NCBI RefSeq assembly: GCF_964194155.1
Contig: NC_135880.1
Coordinates: forward strand, 190,030,001 to 190,094,000
Source: Cetorhinus maximus
Taxonomy: Eukaryota
Length of the DNA: 64,000 bases
Direction of reading: 5' to 3'
In this document: positions 13,441 through 23,812 of the stretch, in pieces
Position numbering within the stretch: position 1 is the first letter of the stretch
Layout of the letters: each line of letters starts with the position of its first letter
Notes under the pieces: generated by a model
The model's input: the letters and a program-made list of their open reading frames with translations, nothing else
Told to the model about the DNA's origin: nothing
Database searches by the model: none
Made by a program: the position numbers and the translations under genes

Positions 13441-13965
13441 ATTTGACAGAAAGCTGGGTGGGAGGGTGAGCTGTGAGGAGGATGCAGAGATGCTTCAGTG
13501 TGATTTGGACAAGCTGAGTGAGTGGGCAAATGCATGACAGATGCAGTATAATGTGGATAAATGTGAGGTTATCCACTTTGGTAGCAAAAACAGGAAGGCA
13601 GATTATGATCTGAATGGCTATAAATTGAGAGAGGTGAATGTGCAACGAGACCTGGGTGTCCTCGTACATCGGTCGCTGAAGGTAAGTCTGCAGGTGCAGC
13701 AGGCGGTAAAGAAGGCAAATGGCATGTTGGCCTTCATAGCGAGAGGATTCGAGTACAGGAACAGAGATGTCTTGCTGCAATTGTACAGGGCCTTGGTGAG
13801 ACCACACCTGGAATATTATGTGCAGTTTTGGTCTCCTTATCGGAGGAGCTATAGAGGGAGTGCAGCAAAGGTTTACCAGGCTGATTCCTGGGATGGAGGG
13901 ACTGACATATGAGGTGAGATTGAGTCGGTTAGGATTATATTCGCTGGAGTTCAGAAGAATGAGTG
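13441..13965 (+). mobile_element. CR1 LINE ORF2 C-terminal fragment
   Basis: MQYNVDKCEVIHFG...QRDLGV...LYRALVRPHLEYYVQFWSP. Confidence 0.9.
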
Positions 13966-13994
13966 CCCTCTGCCTCCATGTGTGGATCATTGTT

Positions 13995-14660
13995 TCTCTT
14001 CATTCATGGGATGTGGGTATCCCTGGGTAGGCCATTATTTATTGTCCATCTCTAGTTGCCATTGAGAAGGTGGTGGTGAACTGTCTCCTTGAACTACTGC
14101 AGTCCATGCGGTGAGGTACATCCACAGTGCTGTTAGGGAGGCCAGGATTTTGACTGAACGACAGTGAAGGAATGGTTATATAGCTCCAAATAAGGATGGT
14201 GTGTGGCTTGGAGGGGAACTTGCAGGTGATGGTGTTCCCATGCATCTGCTGCTCTTGTCCATCTAGGTGGCAGAGATCATGGGTTTGGAAGGTGCTGTCG
14301 AAGAAGCCTTGGCGAGCTACCGCAGAGCATCTTGTAGATGGTACACACTGCTGCCACTGTGCATTCATGATGGAGGGAGTGAATGTTCAAATGGTGGATG
14401 GGGTGCTAATCAAGTGGGCTGTTCTATCTTGGATGGTGTCAAGCTTCTTCAGTTGTTGGAACTGCACTCATCCAGGCAAGTGGAGAATATTCCATTCCAT
14501 GCCTGACCTGTGCCTTGTAGATGGGTGGACAGGATTTGGAAGTTAGGAGTTAAGTTACTCTCTGCAGAATTCCCAGCCTATGACCCACTCTTGTAGCCAG
14601 AGTATTTATATGGCTGCTCTACTTTACTTTCTGGTCAAAGCCCAGGATGTTGATACATCC
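13995..14660 (-). mobile_element. CR1-group LINE 3' fragment (second family, shares its tail with the SINEs)
   Basis: Homologous to 46200-46550 (+) and 62920-63530 (-); tail cccacatcccatgaatgaa. Confidence 0.75.
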
Positions 14661-16267
14661 TCTTATTGGCCCCTAATCTGCCCCACCCCTCCTCCTACTA
14701 CCCTTTTACTAGCGATATGTCTGTAGAAGACTTCTGTATTTCTTTTTATGTTAGCTGCCCATCTCCTCATACTCTTTCTTTGTCTCTCTTTTCACTTCCA
14801 CTCTGAATTTCCTATATTCAGCTGACAACTGTTGTAAAACCCTTTATTGTTTCATCTTACTCTATCTCCCTAATCATTCAGGGAGCTCTGGCATTGGTTG
14901 CCCTACCTCTTCCCCCAATGGAAGTTTACAGCCCCTCAGCTGTACCCAAATCATTTCCATTTTAAAGTCAGTTCATTATGCCATACAGTTTTTCCTGCCA
15001 ATTTTTGTTTCCAATTGTCCAAGGACAGATCTGTTCTCACCCCACTGAAATTGACCCTCTTCCAATTTAGCATTTTTTTTTACTTTAATTGCTCCTTGTC
15101 CTTTCTTATGGTAAACCTAAATGTAATATTGTGATCACTGTTCCCTAATTGACACCTCATCCACTTGACCCACCTCAGAACCAGATCTAGACTGCCTCCA
15201 TCCACGGTGGGCCATAAACATACTGAAAATTCTCCTGAACACATTTCAGGAACTTTTTCCCCTCTTTGCCCTTTACACTGTTACTAATTGAGTCTATATT
15301 AGGATAATTGTAATCCTCATGCAAATTTGCTCCTCTATATCTTTCTCACTAGTTTGTGACCTATAAAATACACAAATTATTGTAATGGCACGTTGATTGT
15401 TTCTTAACTCTAACCAAATAGATTCTGTCCTTGACCCCTCCAGAATATCCTCTCTCTACAGCACTATACTATCCTCCTTTATCATTACAGCTATCCCTTT
15501 ATCTTTATTTCTTTCCTATTTTTCCTGTATACAGGAATATTTAGTACCTAGTCCCACCCTTTTTAAGGCAGATCTTCATTATCACCAGAACCTCATTTTT
15601 CCATGTGGCTGTTTGTGCCTGCAGCTCACCAACCTTATATAGCATGCTATGCATTTACATATATGCACAGTTAACTTAATTTACACATTATTGTATTCCC
15701 TCTTAGTCTGACCCCACCTAATACCTTATTATTTCTTACTCTGGTACTATTTGCTTTTTCCAATCCTTTGTGCACCTTGTTTATCCTTCCTAATGGTACA
15801 GCCAAGTACCCACCCCTCTGCTATGTTAGCTTAAAGCATCCCTGACAGCACTAGCAAACTGTCCTGTGAGCACATTAGCCCTGGTTTTGGTGAGGTGCAA
15901 CCTGTTGAGGTCCCACTACCCCCAGAACCGGTCCTAATGTCCCAGGAACCTAAAGCCCTCCCTCCTGCACCATCTCTCCAGCCACGCATTCATCAGCTTT
16001 GTCCTATTTCTATACTCACTAGCAGTGGCAATCGGAGTAATCTAGAAATTACTATCTTTGAAGTCTGGCTTGTTAATCTCTTTCCGGGCTCGTAAATCTG
16101 TCTGCAAGACTTCATCCCCCTTTCTACCTGTGTCTTTTGTACTGATATAGATCACAATATCCGGCTATTAACCCTCACTCCTGAGTGTTCTGCAGCTGCT
16201 CATTCTTGACCTTGGCAACAAGGAGGTAATCTACCTTCCTGGATTCACATCTGCAGCCATAAAAACA
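14660..16267 (-). mobile_element. Old CR1 LINE ORF1/endonuclease-region remnant (resumes near 16917)
   Basis: Degenerate similarity to the other CR1 copies in the window; no long ORF. Confidence 0.6.
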
Positions 16268-16346
16268 TGTGTTTTTAATGGTATGTTAATTATATTGTCC
16301 AGATACACAGGTTAAGGGCCTTGTTTAATTAAGTACTTAGAGCACT

Positions 16347-16792
16347 TATAAAGAGAGACTACGGGCCCAGGCAGCGGGTGGTCGAAGGATCGTCCAGCCC
16401 GACCATCTGCCCCTCTTCTGCGGGTACATTCACAACTGGGTATCCTTGGAGAGGGAGCACGTGGGGTCCATAGGCACAATTGAAGCCTCTGTGACTGGTG
16501 GGCACTGTGGGGGCTGGAGTGTCTCACTGGCCCCAAAACAACATTTTAGTTTAATTTGGTAAGGTTCTTTTAAAGTTTTTCTTTAGTTATAGTGCCCCTT
16601 TGGGGCTATGAATTTGTTCAATTGGCTTTTTGTTTCAATTGATTAATTTGTTAACGTGTTTCACTCAAAAAAGTATAAAGAGAGACGAGTAACATGCCTA
16701 TAAATGCCTATCAATTGGTTTAATTGACATTTCTTAATTGATTAATTAGTTTTTGCTTTCACTGGTACTCAAAACAGTATAAAAAGAGAGAC
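16347..16792 (+). repeat. Repeat-spacer array of three TATAAA(AA)GAGAGAC copies separating tandem Tx1 3' ends
   Basis: Repeats at 16347-16359, 16674-16686, 16778-16792. Both spacers end similarly (aattgattaatt...tttcact...caaaa(a/c)ag). Confidence 0.75.
16360..16673 (+). mobile_element. Tx1-clade (L1 superfamily) LINE, 5'-truncated 3' end
   Basis: Translates QPDHLPLFCGYIHNWVSLEREHVGSIGTIEA...WWA..GLEC...NNILV*, resembling the Tx1-type ORF2 C-terminus (LPLFRGYIR.RVSLEREH, recalled). Flanked by exact 13-bp TATAAAGAGAGAC at 16347-16359 and 16674-16686. Confidence 0.75.
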
Positions 16793-17119
16793 GGCTGGAA
16801 AATTGGGTTGGAAGTAGATATATGTAATGCTGCATTCTGTGAACAAACTCATTATCAATAATATTTATTAGTGAGCAGTTTCATATTTCACCAACTGGCT
16901 TGGGATTGGATTAACACCTGTCTGCCCCCCTATCTTTTGAATCCCTTATTACTATTGTTTTCCCAATATTCCTCTTGCCCCCCTGTAAGCTAAGTCAGTT
17001 TGGTGCCATGGAATTAATTCTGGCTGCACTCCCCGGATGAACCATCGCTTTCACCAGAAGTCAGAAGAAACTACTGGTTGGAGAGTGGGGTGCATGCAGG
17101 GGACTCCTGCACTACCTGC

Positions 17120-17725
17120 CTGTTCTGGGGATGGCGGGACTGTCTTATGAAGACAGAGTAAGGAAGTCTTGCTTCAATTGTATAGAAGCTTGGTTCGACT
17201 GCACCTGGAGTACAGTGTGCAGTTTTGGTCCCCTTACCTCAGAAAGGATATTATTGCCATAGAGGGAGTGCAACGAAGGTTCACCAGACTTGTTCTGGGG
17301 ATAGTGGGACTGTCTTATGAAGACAGAGTGGGGAAACTGGGCCTGTATTCTCTAGAGTTTCGAGAAATGAGGTGATCTCATTGAAACCTACAAAATACTT
17401 TAAGGAATGGACAGGGTAGATGCAGGTAAGCTATTTTCCCTGGTTTGGGAGTATAGAACCAGGGGGAAGCCACTTAGGACCGAGATGAGGAGAAATTTCT
17501 TTACTCAGAGCGTTGTGAATCTTTGGAATTTTCTACCCCAGATGGCCACGGAAGCTCAGTCATTGAGTATATTTAAGGTAGGGACTAATAGATTTCTGAT
17601 TAACAATAATATAAAGGGCTTTGGGGAGAGTGTGGGTAAAAGGCATTGAAGTGTTCGATCAGCCATGATTGTATTGAATGGCGCAGCAGGCTCGACAGGC
17701 TGAATGGCCTTCTCCTGTTCCTAGG
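17120..17725 (+). mobile_element. CR1 LINE 3' fragment
   Basis: LYRSLVRLHLEYSVQFWSPYLRKDI...RRNFFTQSVVNLWN, followed by the CR1 3' UTR. Confidence 0.9.
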
Positions 17726-18739
17726 AAGTTATTTTGAATGAAGACACAGCATTTCATGAATAATGCTTCAGAGATGGACCAGTGCATGTGGATAATAGTA
17801 AAACTCCTATATAGACATAAATTAAAACAAAAATGAATGTATTTACTTAACACCTTAACATAGAAAAATGACTTTGAGCGCTTCATAAAAAGTGTAACCA
17901 GGCACAAATGGACATCACCCAAAGAAGAGATATGGGGAAGGGTCACTAAATCTGAGTCAAAGTGGTAGGTTTTAAAGAAGAAAAGAAGGTGGAGAATTTT
18001 AGGGAGAGTATTCCAGAGCATAGGGCTGAGATGGATGATCCTCCTGGACTGCTTGGTGGTCACCCATCCCTGATTTGCCTGCACAGTCTTCACTGTGGGG
18101 TGACATATTCAGAGATATGCTATCCATATAGCCCTCAGCCTTGCTGATGTGCTACAGTGATTCCAGATGCTACTCAAGTTCCAAAACCTGGAGCTTGAGA
18201 TCTTCCAGCTGGCAAAATTTCCTGCACATGTGGTTATCCAAGGTGCAAGAAGCGGCCAGGAGTTCCCATATGGAACAGGATATGCATTCCATGGGACTAA
18301 GGTACCTTTCCATGCCTCTATTTATTACAATAACTCAACTTAGCAGAAATAAATTTAAAGATTTATTAAGTACATATGTTAACAGAATACTTACCAGTTA
18401 TTTGCCAATCAGCACCTTCTCTTGTAGTGATATCAATTTTAGTTTTCTTTTAACCTCACTCCTCACTGCTTGTTTTCACTCTGCTCTGTTGCTCTGGCCC
18501 TGAACTCCTTCAAGGTCCCAGTCCTTGCCTCTGGGGTCTCCAAACAACCAATTGTTCACCTGCTGCCCTGTGATATCAGTCCTTGATTTTTTGATTTGTA
18601 ATTTGTTCTCTCAGTGCTCTCTGTGATTCACGCTGACTCAATGTTGTGGCTTTTACCTGTTGGTCTCTGGTACAGATGCCCCTCAGGCTTGGCTTTCTGG
18701 GCAGAATCTTGTCCACTTAAGGAATAATCTGCGGGTGGG

Positions 18740-19500
18740 ACACAAGAATACAAAAAATGGAAGAAGGATTAGACATATGATCCATTGAGCCTTCTTCGCC
18801 ATCAATATGATCATTTGGGCTTCCCACCAGCCTCTCATCATAGGACAACCCACTCATCCCAGGGACCAACTGAGTGAACCTTCACTTCAATGCAAGTATA
18901 TCCTTCCTTAAATATGAAGACCCAAAGTGCATACAGTATCCCAGATGTGGTCTCACCAAAGCTCTTTATTCTTTATTCCTGAGCTCTCAATCCCCTGACA
19001 ATAAAGGCCAACATGCCATTTGCCTTTCTAATTGCTTGCTGCACCTGCATGTTGACTCTCTGTGTTCCTTGTATGAGCACGCCCAAGACTCTTTGAACAT
19101 CAACATTTAAAAGTTTCAAACCTTTTAAAAACTATATTGCTTGTCTATTCTTACAACCAAAGTGAATAGCTTCATTACATTATTATCCATCGGCCATCTT
19201 GTTGTCCAATCACTTAACCTGTCTCTATCTCTTTGCAGCCCTCTCTGTGTCCTCCCCACAGTTTAGCTTTCCACCTAGCCTTGTATTGTTAGTGAACTTA
19301 GAGACATCACTCTCCGTCTCTTCAATTAAGTCATTAATATATATTGCAAATAGCTGAGAACCCAGCACTGACCCACTAGGTGCAGCCTGCATACTTGAAA
19401 ATGCCCCATTTCTGCCCACTATCTGCTTTCTGTCCATAACCAATCCTCTATCCATACTAATATATTAACCCCAACTCCATGAGCCCTTATCTTGCCTGTT
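18740..19500 (-). mobile_element. CR1 LINE RT/3' fragments
   Basis: GSVLGSQLFAIYINDL...VSKF on the minus strand; CR1 3' UTR at the left end. Confidence 0.75.
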
Positions 19501-19519
19501 CATGGGTTTATTCTTAGAT

Positions 19520-20025
19520 CATTTTCAAGTCCTGACCTCGCGCCTGATGGCAGCGTGCCTGCTTATGAGGTCTTCCCGGAGCTGCCAATTAAGACACCAC
19601 CTCTGGGAGCAATGCCCAATCAAGAATGATGCCCAGTTTCCTACGGTTGCAGGCCCAGTCTGAGGGCCTTGAAGCCCTGGAAGGACAGCAATGCCACTGC
19701 CAGAAGTAGGTGCTGCCATGTAGAAGGGGGAACGTGAGAGTGCCTCCATTTTGAGGGGCCCTTGAAGAGTTTTCAACAATTTTTAAAAATAGCTGCCAGG
19801 TCACCTTTGTAGAGGGGAAACTCCTCCACAGGACTGCCTGTGGCTGAAGCTGTAACTCCCTGCTACTCCTGTCAGAGGGTAAATGCAGGGGGCCTCGCTG
19901 GCCCCCAACCTGCCGGAAAGATCCCAGCAGTGCCTTCAATCTGTCCATAATTGGACATGTAATTATTCAAATTGGCTGCCTGTCACAGCTGTTGCCAGTG
20001 ATGACCCTCTTCAGGCAGGTTCACC
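19520..20025. mobile_element. Probable degenerate non-autonomous DNA element directly upstream of the array
   Basis: ccaattaag...taattgg internal motifs as in 7611-8274; termini not resolved. Confidence 0.4.
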
Positions 20026-20039
20026 TAGAAACAGTGACA

Positions 20040-20131
20040 AGTTCTGGCATGATAGCCAAGTGGTTATGGTACTAGGCTTGTAACCCCAAGATCAAGAGTT
20101 CAAATCTCACCATGGCAAATTATGAAATATA
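20040..20131 (+). mobile_element. Spacer 1: 5' head of a tRNA-derived SINE (3'-truncated)
   Basis: A-box TAGCCAAGTGG, B-box GAGTTCAAATC, then caccatggca as in the window's other SINE heads. Confidence 0.7.
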
Positions 20132-20145
20132 TAGAAACAGTGACA

Positions 20146-20270
20146 TGATGTCAGCTGTGGCTCAGTACTTTGCCTCTCCTCTCTGAAGAAGAAGGTTGTG
20201 AGTTCAACTCCCACTCCAAGACCTGAGCATAAAAATTAATGCCACATGACCAATTTTTGGAGAATAAATT
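20146..20270 (+). mobile_element. Spacer 2: 5' head of a second tRNA-derived SINE family (3'-truncated)
   Basis: tgtcagctgtggctcagt...gaaggttgtgagttcaactcccactcc; the same head occurs on the minus strand at 20681-20757. Confidence 0.75.
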
Positions 20271-20284
20271 AAGAAACAGTGACA

Positions 20285-20514
20285 CTGTCCAAGAGGACAG
20301 CTCTGCATCAAAGACTCAAGATACAGAGAAAAAAGACACATTTAAGAAAATGGAAGAGCAACTACTTTTCAATAAAGTGGACGTGCCATCTGAAGTAGTT
20401 AAAGACAAAAAGCTGAAGAAAAAAGAGAAACGGCAGAACATTAAATGTGGCATCACACCTCTGACTGGCAAAAACTACAAGCAGCTCTTAACTAGGCTGG
20501 AAGCCCAAAAGAAT
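20285..20514 (+). pseudogene. SURF6: Spacer 3: retrocopied internal fragment of SURF6 (surfeit locus protein 6) mRNA
   Basis: LLFNKVDV...KKKEKRQNIKCGITPLTGKNYKQLLTRLEAQ matches recalled vertebrate SURF6 LIFNKVEV...RRKEKRQRVKGNLTPLTGRNYRQLLERLQA. Confidence 0.88.
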
Positions 20515-20528
20515 TAGAAACAGTGACA

Positions 20529-20862
20529 CGCATGCGCGGGGCTCGGGGGTGACTAAGGCGGGAAGAGGAGGCGGGGAGCGGAGAGCCGAGTCTTGGTCAC
20601 CGGAGCAACAGGAAACTCTTTCGAGTTATCAACAGTCACAGATTGCAACTCTTTCGAGTACAATCACAGTTCTTGGTTTCCGGGAGTGGGACATGAACCC
20701 ACAACCCTCTGATTCAAAGGTGAGGGTGCTATGAACTGAGCCACAGCTGACACCTCAGAGCAACAGGAAGCCGAATCCCCTTGAGCCGCAAGCATGACGG
20801 ATAAAGAAGCAGCCTTTGATGATGCTGTGGAAGAACGTGTCATTAATGAAGAATACAAGATC
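20529..20862 (+). pseudogene. RBBP4: Spacer 4: retrocopied 5' UTR and first 23 codons of RBBP4 mRNA
   Basis: GC-rich leader, then ATG at 20794: [23 protein letters not shown] (RBBP4 begins [27 protein letters not shown]). Confidence 0.93.
20615..20757 (-). mobile_element. Short SINE insertion inside the RBBP4 leader
   Basis: tRNA-like head on the minus strand; exact 12-bp TSD GAGCAACAGGAA (20603-20614, 20758-20769). Confidence 0.85.
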
Positions 20863-21179
20863 TAGAAACAGTGACAGGCTCTTTGGGCTGTTGTGATATT
20901 TTTATTCACATCCACTTCGATCCACCTCGTAAGTGTTTTACGGAGACTCAGTTAACAAAATATTAGAAACAGGAACATGTTAGGCCACCGATTGATGCCT
21001 TCATTTCAGAATTTTCTCCTGTTCATGTTCAAGCCATCACTGCAGGGCCAAATAGATTCTACTCTCTGTCTCCCTTCGGCATTCTCTCTGCCTATGAGCA
21101 TATAAACATACAAAATTATGGACAAGAAAAATATACACTGGTCCATTGCATATCTGTCCCATATAGTTGTGACATAGTC

Positions 21180-21475
21180 CCTCAAAGAGAGGAGTTCATT
21201 TGCCTCGGAGCCCGTGGCAAGAGTTTGTGTTAGCGGGATTTTAGCATGGGGAGGCTGAGGTGCTGCAGCTACCACATGGTTCTGACTGACCAGGAAACTC
21301 TCCCTTTCTTACTGCCTGCCATAGGTGTATCGGAAGGATTTACGGGTTCACAATCAGCCTGCTTGGTCACGCCACAAATGTACCTCTCGCGGCCATCAAA
21401 TCCTGGGGTGGGACTCAAACCCAGAGTTTCTGGTTTAGAGATAAGGATGCTACCCAGTGCACCACCAGACCTCCA
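21180..21475 (-). mobile_element. tRNA-derived SINE nested in an old CR1 3' end
   Basis: Minus-strand head ggaggtctggtggtgcactgggtagcatc...gggtttgagtcccacccc. Confidence 0.65.
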
Positions 21476-21979
21476 CATCAGAATGCGGGCGGTCCCCAGA
21501 CACCCAAAGTCATGTAATCTCCTGAGGGAGGTGAAAAACCAGACAACACCAAAAACACAGCTCAAACAGAGAAAAAAAATATATAACATTTCTCTTCAAA
21601 ACCTTTAGACCACCAAAACTAATCCAAGAGATTAATTTGACCCTGTTTTATGTTATAGCTTTCACCCAAGGTGGCTCTTGTCCAGCCAGAAACAGCTCCA
21701 GCTCTCTCTTGAAGGAATGCTGTGAATCAGCATTCACCACATGAGCCTGTAACCTGTTTCCAGGTTTACTAATCTGTTGAAAAATAAGAACCGCCTAATA
21801 TGCAATTTTCAAAATTTGCATTACTTGTAATGTGAACCTTGGTTCACCCTATAATTTCTGATCCACATAAACACATCTAGTAGCTTGATTAGTTTATAAA
21901 CCTCAATCAAATTGCGCTTGAATCCACGATTCTCTAAAGTATATGGATCCATTTCTTTGAGTTTATCTTAGTAACTTGG

Positions 21980-22560
21980 TAACAACAACAACTTGCATTT
22001 ATATAATGTCATTGACATAATGAGACATCTTATGGTGCTTCACAGCAGTGTTTTCAAACAAAATTTGTCACCGAGCTGCATAAGAAGATATTAGGGCAGA
22101 TAACCAAAATTTGGGCCAATCGTCAAAGTTTTAAGGAGTGTCTTAAAGGAGGAAGGAGAGGCACAGAGGCTTATTTCAAAGCTTGGGACCATGATACCTG
22201 AAGGCACAGCCCCCAATAGTGGAGTGATTAAAATCAGCGATACCCAACAGTCTGGAATTGGAGATATGCAGACATCTCGAGGGTTGTAGGGCTGAAGGAG
22301 GTTACGGAGATAGGTGAGGCCTTGGAGGGATTTGAAAACAAGGGTGAGAATTTTAAAATTGAGTCTTTGCTGGACCGAAGCCAATGTAGACCACACAATG
22401 GTGATGGGTGGATGTGGCTTGGTGTGAGTTAGGGTGCAGGCTGCAGAGTTTAAGTTTATGGCGTGTGGAAGATGGGAGGCCAGGCAGGAGTGCTTTAGAA
22501 TAGTCATGGCATGGATCAAGGTTTTAGCTGCAGATGAGTTGAGGTGGGGGTAGAGTCAGG
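21980..22560 (-). mobile_element. L2 LINE 3' fragment
   Basis: HPPIT...VQQRLNFKILTLVFKSLQGLTYLRNLLQPY...SFKTLLKT, with an L2-type tail. Confidence 0.8.
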
Positions 22561-23812
22561 CCCTGGGTGAGAAATCATGGGTCTTGGTGCTTTTCCTGTT
22601 TCTGGGCCTCTTATTCTTTTTCCGCACCCCTACCCTTTAACCCTCAATCATGTATGACATATTTTTCCTTTCAAGATTCACCAGAAAGGCCCTAGTAACA
22701 TGATAATGGCCATTGTTGGCATCTGGCACAAATATCATTTGATACATATGCAGCATGGATCATTAATATTAAGAGCAGCAACAATATAATGCAGAGTCAG
22801 ACCATGTACGCCATATAGGTGATTCCACCTTGACTTTTAAACAAACCAGAGAGTACAAATTTTTCTTTCACAGCATCAGGCAATACTGTTAACTGACAGG
22901 AAAATACCCCATTAGTTACTTATAACACCGTGCACACTGATTTTGGTAACTGTCTCAGCCCTCATTAACATGTCTGCACTTGCACAATATGAACACAGTG
23001 ACAGTAAACTCGTATTTGGGGGAAAGATTCAATACTTGCAACCCAGATAACCTGCACGAGATGTTTTTCATTCAGTAGAAGAATTAAAAGACTTTCTCCT
23101 GCTTGGGTGCATGGTGTTATTAAATATAATTATTTCATACAATTCTACAAATAGATTGGATTCTATTTTATCAGTAATCTCATGGGGTAGAAGGATCAAA
23201 TGACTCCTCAGTAACAAAGTGTAATGATTGAACAACACAGGTCTTCACTGTCAGTGAGAAGTGTTAGAACTCTCAGGTGTCTCTGTGCAACACAACATTT
23301 AAGAGGCAGAGGACAAAGACTGAATAGTTCACAATTGTATCTGTGTTTTGTTGATGAGCAAGTCCGAAGACTCTGCTGATTGTTGCTTCAAACTACAATA
23401 TATTTTCAATATCTACTATGCAACACATCTTTATCAGTATTTCAATACCTCAAAAAACTCATAGAAGCACCAAGATTGAGTGGGATAATAGGTAAGTAGA
23501 CAACATGACAAGATTGAATTCAATAGAAATTTGAATCATGTGCAGTGTAAATATAAGCCCATTACAGGCTCCTGTCTGGACAATTTCACCCCACAAAGCC
23601 TGCTTACAGTAAACTTCCATTCACAAAATAAACAGAACTCCAGCCATTATTCTACCCTTTGTTCACAAGGTAAGTATGGATGAACAAAAGCTATCTAGCC
23701 CATCTCATCTCATCCATCCAAAATGACATACAAACATATATATAAGGAGCAGGAGTAGGCCATTCAGCCCCTCAAGCCTGCGCCATTTGGTACATTATAC
23801 CAGTGACTACAC

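Larger units (their letters stand above)
16268..16916 (+). mobile_element. LTR-like insertion in the CR1 remnant; host of the Tx1 array
   Basis: Interrupts CR1 between aaaaca and cctgtctg; TG...CA ends; TATA-like TATAAAGAG and a downstream AATAA. TSD unclear. Confidence 0.35.
20026..20977 (+). repeat. Repeat-spacer array: 14-bp direct repeat TAGAAACAGTGACA x6 with five unrelated spacers, four recognisably RNA-derived
   Basis: Repeats at 20026-20039, 20132-20145, 20271-20284 (1 mismatch), 20515-20528, 20863-20876, 20964-20977 (TAGAAACAGGAACA, 2 mismatches). Spacers are 92, 125, 230, 334 and 87 bp. Confidence 0.92.

Noticed and set aside
20046-20117. Functional tRNA gene (TGT-like anticodon loop)
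   Set aside because: Acceptor and anticodon stems pair poorly, and the 3' side matches SINE heads.
20239-20517. 92-aa ORF as a real SURF6 gene or exon
   Set aside because: It starts in spacer 2 and reads through repeat 3. SURF6 similarity lies between array repeats, not splice sites.
20026-20977. Bona fide prokaryotic CRISPR array
   Set aside because: The repeat is only 14 bp and non-palindromic, spacers are long and variable, there are no cas genes, and the context is vertebrate. The similarity is architectural only.
22990-23003. TGAACACAGTGACA as an additional array repeat
   Set aside because: A single 11/14 match 2 kb away with no paired copy or insert.
23568-23669. Possible + strand 102-bp exon
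   Set aside because: Good donor, but no polypyrimidine tract, no recognisable peptide and no partner exons.
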